DNA of 24,000 bases from Helicobacter saguini (GTDB lineage Bacteria > Campylobacterota > Campylobacteria > Campylobacterales > Helicobacteraceae), in NCBI RefSeq assembly GCF_000762875.2, contig NZ_JRMP02000005.1:164626-188625 (forward strand). Direction: 5' to 3'. Below, piece after piece: positions 1 to 7,710 of the stretch. Every line of letters starts with the position of its first letter. Positions within the stretch are counted from its first letter, which is position 1. A model generated the notes under the pieces. The model was given only the letters and a program-made list of their open reading frames with translations. It had not been told where the DNA came from and ran no database searches. Made by a program: the position numbers and the translations under genes.

Positions 1-1770
1 GTTTTAGCTGGGGCTGGCGTAGATGCTTTTGAGGAAGTTTTTAAACTGATTTTTATAAAGTTGTATGATGAATTAAATACATATAGAAAAGATGAAAGAT
101 TAATAGAAAAATATGAAACTATAAAAAAATATAATGATAAAAATGAACTAGAAAAGCTATATAAACAAATGCACAATTTAGAATTTAGAAATTATGAGGG
201 CACAGGTGACAAGACTTTTAAAGACAGAATTGAAAATCTTTTTAGCGAGGCTAAGAATAAATGGAAAGGGATTTTTGAGAGTGATTCTACTATAAGTCTT
301 ACTCCATCGCATTTAGAAGTGTGCGTGAGTGAATTGCAAGAATGCAAATTTTTTAATTCAAACTTAGATATTATCGATGATGCCTTTGAATATCTAATGA
401 AAAAAGAAAGTAAAGGAGAAAAAGGGCAGTATTTTACCCCACGTTATGTGATAGATATGTGTGTAAAAATGCTAAATCCAAAAGATAGCGAAACTATGAT
501 AGATACAGCAAGTGGGAGTTGTGGCTTTCCTATTCATACTTGCTTTTATGTGTGGAAAAATATTTATAAACAAAAGGGTTTAAAAGCTAGTCATTTATTT
601 ACCGCTGAAAAAAAGATTAGTGAGTGTGAAGATTATGTTAGAAATAATGTTTTTGCCATTGATTTTGATAAAAAAGTCGTGCGTATAGCAAGGACTCTAA
701 ATATCATAGCAGGAGATGGGCATACTAATGTTTTTAGACTAAATTCACTAAATTTTCCTAAATGGGATAGTGAAAAAGATATTGATAAAGAAACAAAAAT
801 TTTTAATAAAAATATAGATGACTTAATTGATAAAAGCCTTGAAACAAACGATTATTCACATTTTAATTTTGATATTTTAATGGCAAATCCACCCTTTGCA
901 GGAAATATAAAAGAGCATTCTATCCTTAAACATTATGACTTAAGAAATACTATAAATTTTGAAAAGATTAAGGCAAATGAAATAGAAAAGTATAAAACAA
1001 TTTTAGAAAATCCAACCTTTGATGATTGTTTAAATAATCCACAAGCACTAGTAAGAACAAATGAAGGTTATAAAAAAATAAAGATTAAAGAACAGCCTGT
1101 TGTCACAAGAGATGTGCTTTTTATCGAGCGAAATTTAAATATGTTGCGTCCTGGTGGGCGAATGGCTATTGTTTTACCACAAGGCAGATTCAATAACTCA
1201 AGTGATAAATATATAAGAGAATTTATAGCAAAAAGAGCTAGAATCTTAGCAGTAGTAGGACTTCATCAAAATGTCTTTAAGCCTCACACAGGCACAAAAA
1301 CAAGTGTGTTGTTTTTACAAAAATGGGATGATAATCTTTGCCCTTTTAAAGAAAATTACAATATCTTTTTTGCTACGATGAATGAACCTAGCAAGGATAA
1401 CTCAGGGGATAAAATCTATGTGAAAGAAAAAGTAGCGCTACTAAGACAAACTATAAATAATAAAAGTAATGAGCAAACTTTAAGCCTAAAAGAATTTAAC
1501 GAAAAATATGAAAGTGTGGAAAAAGCAAGTTTTTTACAATATGAAGATTCTATCATTTCTTTAGAATCTTATAAGAAATTAGATTCTAAAGAAAAGCAAA
1601 AAGTGCTAAAACAAGAAGCTTTTATCATAGAGCAACCATTGCGTGATACTCACGGACATTTAATTGTCAAACACGATTTATTTAACCACGATGGCTTAAC
1701 GCAAGATGGTATCGCCGAAGCCTTTATAGACTTTGCAAAAATGGAAAATTTAAGCTTTTGGAGAGAATAG
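1..1770 (+). CDS. hsdM: Type I restriction-modification system N6-adenine DNA methyltransferase (HsdM-like), truncated at left window edge
   Basis: Frame is open from base 1 (VLAGAGVDAFEEVFKLIFIKLYDEL...), so the TTG at 61 is probably not the true start. SAM-binding region KGQYFTPRYVIDMCVKMLNPKDSETMIDTASGSCGF and catalytic motif ILMANPPF; RPGGRMAIVLPQGRFNN is typical of HsdM/N6_Mtase. Confidence 0.93.
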   Translation, partial: VLAGAGVDAFEEVFKLIFIKLYDELNTYRKDERLIEKYETIKKYNDKNELEKLYKQMHNLEFRNYEGTGDKTFKDRIENLFSEAKNKWKGIFESDSTISLTPSHLEVCVSELQECKFFNSNLDIIDDAFEYLMKKESKGEKGQYFTPRYVIDMCVKMLNPKDSETMIDTASGSCGFPIHTCFYVWKNIYKQKGLKASHLFTAEKKISECEDYVRNNVFAIDFDKKVVRIARTLNIIAGDGHTNVFRLNSLNFPKWDSEKDIDKETKIFNKNIDDLIDKSLETNDYSHFNFDILMANPPFAGNIKEHSILKHYDLRNTINFEKIKANEIEKYKTILENPTFDDCLNNPQALVRTNEGYKKIKIKEQPVVTRDVLFIERNLNMLRPGGRMAIVLPQGRFNNSSDKYIREFIAKRARILAVVGLHQNVFKPHTGTKTSVLFLQKWDDNLCPFKENYNIFFATMNEPSKDNSGDKIYVKEKVALLRQTINNKSNEQTLSLKEFNEKYESVEKASFLQYEDSIISLESYKKLDSKEKQKVLKQEAFIIEQPLRDTHGHLIVKHDLFNHDGLTQDGIAEAFIDFAKMENLSFWRE

Positions 1771-1820
1771 ATTTATAGAATCTAAATTAAGAATTTAAAA
1801 TGATTATTTTTAAAAAGAAC

Positions 1821-1877
1821 CCAAAGTAGCCTTCTCATTTAAGAGTTGCCCGCACCGCTGGCAGGCTAGCCCTTTGG
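1821..1877. other. GC-rich imperfect inverted repeat / possible structured RNA or attenuator between hsdM and the GIY-YIG gene
   Basis: CCAAAG(1821-1826)/CTTTGG(1872-1877), TAGCC(1827-1831)/GGCTA(1864-1868) and TGCC(1847-1850)/GGCA(1860-1863) can pair as one interrupted hairpin. Confidence 0.4.
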
Positions 1878-1893
1878 ATTAAAAGAATTATAG

Positions 1894-1899
1894 TATAAT
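1894..1899 (+). promoter_or_regulatory. putative -10 box (TATAAT) upstream of the GIY-YIG gene
   Basis: AGTATAATTTTT 28 nt upstream of the ATG at 1927, followed by AATAAGGA as a Shine-Dalgarno candidate. Confidence 0.5.
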
Positions 1900-1926
1900 T
1901 TTTCTTAATGTTTAATAAGGATAAAT

Positions 1927-2214
1927 ATGAAAAAAGCCTATATTTATATCATTACAAATAAGAAAAATGGCACACTTTACACAGGCGTTACAAGTGATTT
2001 AATAAAAAGAATTTATGAACATAAAAATAAAATAGTTAAAGGCTTTTCAAGTAAATATGATTTAAAAAATCTAGTGTATTATGAAATGTTTGAAAATATA
2101 GAATCTGCGATTATAAGAGAAAAGCAAATAAAAGCTGGGAGTAGAAAGAAAAAGCTAGAGTTGATTAATAATTTTAATCCAACTTGGAAAGATTTATATG
2201 AAGATTTATTGTAA
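1927..2214 (+). CDS. small stand-alone GIY-YIG nuclease-domain protein (UPF0213-like)
   Basis: MKKAYIYIITNKKNGTLYTGVTSDLIKRIYEHKN...FSSKYDLKNLVYYE...REKQIKAGSRKKKLELI matches the GIY-YIG pattern (YIYIITN-TLYTGVT, R-x3-EH, E-x2-IK). Confidence 0.88.
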   Translation: MKKAYIYIITNKKNGTLYTGVTSDLIKRIYEHKNKIVKGFSSKYDLKNLVYYEMFENIESAIIREKQIKAGSRKKKLELINNFNPTWKDLYEDLL

Positions 2215-2244
2215 ATTAATTCGCTATTGTTTGCGATGACACTT

Positions 2245-2498
2245 TGGATTGCCACGAAGTCGCGCTGACTTCTCGCAATGACGCAAAAAGTCGTCATTGC
2301 GAGCGCAGCGTTGCAATCCACACAAACGAAAGCCAAAACGCAACAAATGGATTGCTTCGCCTTTCGCTTCGCAAAAGTCTCGCAATGACGTATAGATTGC
2401 CACGCCAAGCCTTGTAGCTTATCTCGCAATAACACAACACACCGCTTTATCATAAGACGACTATCCTACGTCATTGTGAGCGTAGCGTTGCAATCTAT
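2245..2498. repeat. cluster of CGTCATTGCGAG...GCAATCCA/TA palindromic-type repeats in alternating orientation
   Basis: Units TGGATTGCCACG...TCTCGCAATGACG (2245-2283), CGTCATTGCGAGCGCAGCGTTGCAATCCA (2292-2320), TGGATTGCTTCGCC...TCTCGCAATGACG (2348-2390), a degenerate TAGATTGCCACG...TCTCGCAAT (about 2393-2430), and CGTCATTGTGAGCGTAGCGTTGCAATCTAT (2469-2498). Confidence 0.88.
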
Positions 2499-2526
2499 AA
2501 AATCTTAAAAAAATATAAAAATATTC

Positions 2527-2532
2527 TATAAT
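2527..2532 (+). promoter_or_regulatory. putative -10 box upstream of hsdS-like gene
   Basis: TATAAT 27 nt upstream of ATG 2559, with AAGGAG Shine-Dalgarno at about 2548-2553. Confidence 0.45.
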
Positions 2533-2558
2533 TTCACTATGAAAATTAAGGAGAAAAA

Positions 2559-3959
2559 ATGAGTGATTTAAATCAAAGATTACAAAGCAAATATCCACAT
2601 TTAGAAATTAGCGTTTTGTCTTTAGATTCTGTAAAAAAGGATAATGAGAGTTTTAGAATTGATAGTGAGCCATTTAAAAAATCTAATCTTATTTATGGTG
2701 ATAACTTCGAATACTTACCATTAAATAAAATAGCAATTATAAATCCATCAAAAACAGAAATTTCAAATTTAAATAAAAATTTAGAAATAACATTTTTATC
2801 AATGCAAAATTTAGGAAGCGGAGTGATAAACGAACAAGAAACGGGAACAATAAAAGAATATTTATCTGGTTATACTTATTTTAGAGAAAATGATATTTTG
2901 ATAGCAAAAATTACGCCTTGTATGGAACATGGAAAATGTGCCGTAGCTTATGATTTAAAAAACAAAATAGGCTTTGGTAGCACAGAATTTAATGTATTTC
3001 GTGTAGTAGATTCTAGATTTACAACAGAATTTATTTTTTGCTTTTTAAATCGAGAATCTATAAGAAAAATTGCAGTAGATAATATGGTCGGCACAAGTGG
3101 CAGACAAAGAGTGCCTACTGCATTTTATGAGAAACTAAAAATCCCCATTTTTTCTAAAGAATTTCAGTTGGAAATAGAAAAACTTGTAAAAGATTCACAC
3201 AAAGCTTTAGAATCTAGCAAAGCCCTTTATAAAGAAGCAGAAGAGATTCTATATAATGAATTAAATTTAGATTCTGTATCTTTAGAATCTAATTCTTTAA
3301 ACATCACTATAAAAACCCTAAAAGAGAGCTTTCTAAAAACAAGTAGGCTAGATAGCGAATACTACCAAAGCAAGTATGAAAATATAGAATCTAAAATTAA
3401 AAATTACCCCAAAGGATATGTCAAATTAGAAATAAACGAAATAAAAGATTCTAATTTCACACCAAAAAAAGAGCAAAAATACCGCTATATAGAACTAGCA
3501 AATATTAGTAGTAACGGCGTGATTAACGAGCCTTTAGAAGAGCTAGGCAAAGATTTACCCACAAGGGCAAGAAGGCTAGTAAAAGAGGGCGATTTGATAG
3601 TTTCTAGCATAGAGGGGAGCTTGTCAAGCTGTGCTTTAATCACAAAAGAATACGATAATTGTATTGTCTCAACAGGCTTTTATGTTCTAAAGACAAAAGA
3701 AATAAATAGCGAAACTTTGCTAGTGCTTTTTAAATCGCAGTTTTTTCAAAATTATTTAAAGAAATTCCCAAGCGGCACTATACTAACGGCTATATCAAAA
3801 GATGAATTACAAAACATCCTAATCCCAAAAATAGATTCTAAGATTCAAGCAAATATAGAATCTAAAATCAAAGAAAGCTTTAAACTACGCACTAAAAGCA
3901 AAGAATTGCTAAATCTTGCAAAGCAAAAGGTAGAATCTGCCTTGCAAACTAAAAACTAA
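2559..3959 (+). CDS. hsdS: Type I restriction-modification specificity subunit (HsdS-like)
   Basis: Two target-recognition-like halves (FLSMQNLGSGVINEQETGTIKEYLSGYTYFRENDILIAKITPC... and YIELANISSNGVINEPLEELGKDLPTRARRLVKEGDLIVSSIEGSLSSCALI...), each followed by a helical spacer (LEIEKLVKDSHKALESSKALYKEAEEILYNEL). Confidence 0.88.
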   Translation: MSDLNQRLQSKYPHLEISVLSLDSVKKDNESFRIDSEPFKKSNLIYGDNFEYLPLNKIAIINPSKTEISNLNKNLEITFLSMQNLGSGVINEQETGTIKEYLSGYTYFRENDILIAKITPCMEHGKCAVAYDLKNKIGFGSTEFNVFRVVDSRFTTEFIFCFLNRESIRKIAVDNMVGTSGRQRVPTAFYEKLKIPIFSKEFQLEIEKLVKDSHKALESSKALYKEAEEILYNELNLDSVSLESNSLNITIKTLKESFLKTSRLDSEYYQSKYENIESKIKNYPKGYVKLEINEIKDSNFTPKKEQKYRYIELANISSNGVINEPLEELGKDLPTRARRLVKEGDLIVSSIEGSLSSCALITKEYDNCIVSTGFYVLKTKEINSETLLVLFKSQFFQNYLKKFPSGTILTAISKDELQNILIPKIDSKIQANIESKIKESFKLRTKSKELLNLAKQKVESALQTKN

Positions 3960-3975
3960 GATTCTATAGAATCTT
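3958..3975. terminator. perfect 18-nt palindrome AAGATTCTATAGAATCTT at convergent gene ends (candidate bidirectional terminator or repeat copy)
   Basis: Lies between the hsdS stop (3959) and the stop of the convergent minus-strand acetyltransferase (3976), with short T runs on both sides. Zero loop length makes the terminator role uncertain. Confidence 0.3.
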
Positions 3976-4767
3976 TTAAGAATCTTTTATCCTTTTTAGA
4001 ATCCGCGCTGGGTTGCCGCCGACTATTACATTTGTAGGGACATCTTTTGTCACCACAGCCCCTGCGGCGATTATCGCGTTATCACCGATATTTACGCCCG
4101 GGCAAATCGTGGCATTCATCCCTATCCACACGCGATTGCCGATATTTATGGGCTTGCAAAATGTGGCTTTGCGGCGGCGCGGATGAAAGTCGTGATTAAT
4201 AGTCGTAAGGCACACACGCGGCGCGATAAACACATCATCGCCGATATTTATGCCGCCCCTGTCCATAAAAGTGCAGCCTTGATTCATAAAAAAGTTGCGT
4301 CCTACGCGGATATTTCGCCCGTAATCGACATAAAAAGGCGGAATTATCCACGCAGATTCATCAAGCGGGACGCCGATAATTTCGCTAAAAATCTCTCGCA
4401 CCTTTTGCGGCGTGTGCCACTTTTCATTCAATTTAAAAGTTAGGCTCATTGTGTGATTTATCACATTGATAATTTTGTCGCATTCTTTATCATTCATATC
4501 GACTAGCTCGCCTTCAATATCTCGTGTGAAAACATCTCTATTTGTCGTGGGTGCTGGAGTTCGCCGCCACTCTTTGTGGTTTCTATCAAGCCCTATTTTG
4601 CTAGGGATAGATTCTACAAATTCTATAGAATCTAGCGACTTAGATTCTATATTTTTCACGCTTTTTTTAGAATCTTTTTTGGTTTTTTGCATTTTAGATT
4701 CTATATTAGAATCTTTTTTTAAATCTCGCGTTTTAGATTCTATAGAATCTTTAGAAATTTTTTTCAT
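3976..4767 (-). CDS. maltose/galactoside O-acetyltransferase family (left-handed beta-helix hexapeptide acyltransferase) with low-complexity N-terminal extension
   Basis: C-terminal region [103 protein letters not shown] is diagnostic. Start refined to ATG 4767 (MKKISKD...) preceded by TAAGGAGAGAG; the ORF track starts further upstream at 4794. Confidence 0.9.
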   Translation of the reverse strand: MKKISKDSIESKTRDLKKDSNIESKMQKTKKDSKKSVKNIESKSLDSIEFVESIPSKIGLDRNHKEWRRTPAPTTNRDVFTRDIEGELVDMNDKECDKIINVINHTMSLTFKLNEKWHTPQKVREIFSEIIGVPLDESAWIIPPFYVDYGRNIRVGRNFFMNQGCTFMDRGGINIGDDVFIAPRVCLTTINHDFHPRRRKATFCKPINIGNRVWIGMNATICPGVNIGDNAIIAAGAVVTKDVPTNVIVGGNPARILKRIKDS

Positions 4768-4841
4768 AACTCTCTCCTTAAAAATAAAACGCAATTATAA
4801 AAGATGATACTTGCTCTAAGTCAAGGGCTTTTTATAAAAAT

Positions 4842-6725
4842 TTATAAAGTTTTAACCATTTCCCTAACATCATTTTGATACCACGCACTGCCGTGCAAAG
4901 TCTCGCTTTTAAAGGCGTTATAGAATCTAGTTTGCAAAGTTTTAAAATCAATGTTAGATTCTAAAATCAAAGCTAAATCATTTACGCTAAGTGGCAAAAT
5001 ATTCATCCCTTTTATACATTCAACATCATTTTCAAAGTAGCACAAAATGCGGATTCTAAAATCATTTAGCACATTTTTATCCAAATGTGGCGCGATAAAA
5101 ATCGCATAAGTTTTCGCCCTAAAATTAGATTGCAAACTCAAAAGCAAATTTCCTAAATGGCGGCTCACGCTTTCCATTTCAGCTCTGCGTTGGTTTGTTT
5201 TATCAGTCAAGGTCGCTTCTATCATAACGCAGTGGCTTTCATATTGATAAATTATATCTGCGTTTCCGCCTATTGCGTGGCTTTTTGGCAGCATATTAGA
5301 ATCTAAGCTCAAGCCAGCTTGCAAGATTCTATCCACATTTTCATCATCGATATAATGAAAGCAAATCGCTATAATATACTCAAAAATAGTTGGCACACTC
5401 GCTTGTTCGCTCACCTTTTGTGCGATTAAAAAATCATTTTTTCTATCATTAAAAAGTTTTAGAATCTTAATAATTTCGCCCTTGCTAAAACGTTCTTTCA
5501 AAAGATTTTTAAGGCGGATTTTATCTTGCTTTTGTTTATAGTTTTTTAAATCTTGCAATGTTTTTATATCATATTTTTTAAAAGATTCTAAGATTTCATT
5601 ATCATTAAAATATTCTTTTAAAAGCGTTTGTGAAACCTTACTAGATTCTATAATTTTTAGAATCTTTTCAAAGTGTGAATGTTTTATTAGAATCTTAAAA
5701 ATTTCATTTATGCTAACTTTATCGCTAAAAAATTCAAAAATACCTGTAAGATTCAAATACCTAGCATTTAAATCATAATAATCTTTTAGATTCGCTAAAA
5801 TCCTAGCCTTAAAAATAAGTCTAAAAAAACGTTTTCCAAATTCGCTTAAATCGCCACTGCAAAAATCTTGCAAATCTTTTAGCTTTTGCTCTTTTTTATT
5901 TGATTTTGTAATGTAGGGCAAATATAGCTTTTTAAAATCTAAGTATTTAGAATCTTTTGTAGTTATTAAAGATTCTAAAAAGGCAGCATTTTTAGATTCT
6001 ATAAATGGTAATAAAATATCTTTTAAAGTTGCAATTATACTAAGTGCGCTTTTTTCTCCCTTAGCAGTTTTGAAATATTGTGTTTTTAGATTTTTAGAAT
6101 CTAAGTCGCTTAAAAACATTTTTAAATTACTAGATTCTAATATGCTTTTTTGCAATAAAGATTCTATAACATTTTTTCTTTTTATAGAATCTATAAAAGA
6201 TTCTACACTTTTAAAATTATTTATTAATGGTAAAAACATAAATTCATCTTTGCTTAAAGTCCCATCAAATGCCTTAAATACGCATAAATATTTTTGTAAT
6301 AAATCTTTGCTTTTTGTGAAATTTAAACTAGCTTTTAAGAAAAATAATGAAATTAAGTCAATTTGTAAAAATTCATTATTGATTTTATAACTTTGCGTTT
6401 TTATTAGATTTAATAATTCATAACCTTGCGGTGTGATTAGCTTTTCTTTTCTAATGATTAGATTATAATCTTCAAGGGGCGCGGACTTTACCCTTGCATC
6501 TTTTGTGCCTAAATTTGTCGTTGTATTTTTAGAATCTAGCAAATTATGAGTTTGCAACATTTCTAAATATTTTATTTGCAAAGTTGAATCATTTGCCCAA
6601 ATTTCATTTGCATTCGCATTTTTAAAAAGTTCATCAAATAATAAAATTTGAGATTCAAAATTATAAAGTAGATTTTTAACCCTAAGGCTTGTATTACCAA
6701 AATAGCTATAATGTGGGAAAGTCAT
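4842..6725 (-). CDS. candidate Type II restriction endonuclease, AlwI-like (Type IIS)
   Basis: Large protein ending with GNADIIYQYESHCVMIEATLTDKTNQRRAEMESVSRHLGNLLLSLQSNFRAKTYAIFIAPHLDKNVLNDFR, resembling the AlwI-family PD-(D/E)XK-like region (D...ExT). It lies 8 bp downstream of two adenine methylase genes on the same strand. Confidence 0.72.
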   Translation of the reverse strand: MTFPHYSYFGNTSLRVKNLLYNFESQILLFDELFKNANANEIWANDSTLQIKYLEMLQTHNLLDSKNTTTNLGTKDARVKSAPLEDYNLIIRKEKLITPQGYELLNLIKTQSYKINNEFLQIDLISLFFLKASLNFTKSKDLLQKYLCVFKAFDGTLSKDEFMFLPLINNFKSVESFIDSIKRKNVIESLLQKSILESSNLKMFLSDLDSKNLKTQYFKTAKGEKSALSIIATLKDILLPFIESKNAAFLESLITTKDSKYLDFKKLYLPYITKSNKKEQKLKDLQDFCSGDLSEFGKRFFRLIFKARILANLKDYYDLNARYLNLTGIFEFFSDKVSINEIFKILIKHSHFEKILKIIESSKVSQTLLKEYFNDNEILESFKKYDIKTLQDLKNYKQKQDKIRLKNLLKERFSKGEIIKILKLFNDRKNDFLIAQKVSEQASVPTIFEYIIAICFHYIDDENVDRILQAGLSLDSNMLPKSHAIGGNADIIYQYESHCVMIEATLTDKTNQRRAEMESVSRHLGNLLLSLQSNFRAKTYAIFIAPHLDKNVLNDFRIRILCYFENDVECIKGMNILPLSVNDLALILESNIDFKTLQTRFYNAFKSETLHGSAWYQNDVREMVKTL

Positions 6726-6732
6726 AATATTC

Positions 6733-7710
6733 CTAATAATTTGTGATTAAAACTTCTTTAGATTCTAAGTTTTTGCTTTGATAGTTGCAATTTTTGTAGT
6801 TAAAGTTTAGATTGTGGATTTTAAATTTTGTGTGTTTTTTTAAGAAAGATTCTAGAATCTTATGCGTTTTATTTTTATGAAAAAGCACATTTGACAACGC
6901 AAATTTTATATCTTTAGAATCTAGATTGAGTAAAAAATCAAGCAAGTCATTTTCATCATTTTCCCCCCACGCATTATTTTCATTATAACTTGCATTTGCT
7001 AGGAAATAGGGCGGGTCAATATAAATAAAATCATTAGAATCTAAATTAGAAATATCAAAATTTCTAAAATCTTTATTTTGCAATTCTATATTTTTTGTCT
7101 GCAAAATTTGCATAAAATTTTTAAGTTTTTCTTGCATATTTGCGTTAAAATCGCGTTTTCCACAAGGCAGATTAAACTCGCCTTTAGCATTAAATCTTAT
7201 TTGATTATTAAAGCTAAAAATAATAAGTGTGAAAAGATAAAGGGCATCTTTATTTTTATTATACGCATTACGCAAATTTAAAAAGTTATTTTTATTGAAA
7301 CTTGATAAACCTTTAGAACTATCACATTTATAATATAAATATCCAAAATATTGGCTTTTTGATAACTCAAAAGATTCTATAAGTTTATTAATTTGCATAA
7401 AAATATGTTGCATTTTAGATTCTTTAAAAAGCTTAAAAATTTGCATTAATTCACTCATTTTATCATTTAAAATAATCTTTTTTGCATTTAAATTTATCCC
7501 AACATTTGCGCCACCGCAAAATAAATCAATGGCAATATTTATATTTTTTGGGAAAAGTGGCATAATTTGTGGCAATAATTTATACTTACCACCGATGTAA
7601 TTTAGCGGACTTTGCACGGGTTTAGAATCTATGTTGAAAAGATTAGATTTTTGCGTGTTAGATTCTAAAGATTCTATAACATTAGATTCTATCAATGCGA
7701 GATTTGACAT
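6733..7710 (-). CDS. D12-class adenine-specific DNA methyltransferase (M2 of Type IIS system)
   Basis: SPLNYIGGKYKLLPQIMPLFP, AIDLFCGGANVGIN and catalytic DFIYIDPPYFLANASYNENNAWGE...DLLDFL. Confidence 0.92.
   Translation of the reverse strand: MSNLALIESNVIESLESNTQKSNLFNIDSKPVQSPLNYIGGKYKLLPQIMPLFPKNINIAIDLFCGGANVGINLNAKKIILNDKMSELMQIFKLFKESKMQHIFMQINKLIESFELSKSQYFGYLYYKCDSSKGLSSFNKNNFLNLRNAYNKNKDALYLFTLIIFSFNNQIRFNAKGEFNLPCGKRDFNANMQEKLKNFMQILQTKNIELQNKDFRNFDISNLDSNDFIYIDPPYFLANASYNENNAWGENDENDLLDFLLNLDSKDIKFALSNVLFHKNKTHKILESFLKKHTKFKIHNLNFNYKNCNYQSKNLESKEVLITNY

Noticed and set aside
61-1770. Start codon TTG at 61 for hsdM as given in the ORF track
   Set aside because: The frame is open to base 1 with a plausible conserved N-terminal sequence (VLAGAGVDAFEEVFKLIFIK), so the gene is better treated as truncated by the window.
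2079-2453. 124-aa minus-strand ORF (MIKRCVVLLRDKL...FCVIARSQRDFVAIQSVIANN)
   Set aside because: Overlaps the GIY-YIG gene and is composed of translated GTCATTGCG/GGATTGC repeats; the AMTTFCVIARS-type peptide is a common artefact of such repeats.
2245-2498. Considered as a CRISPR array
   Set aside because: Units alternate in orientation, vary in length and lack uniform repeats and unique spacers; no cas genes in the window.
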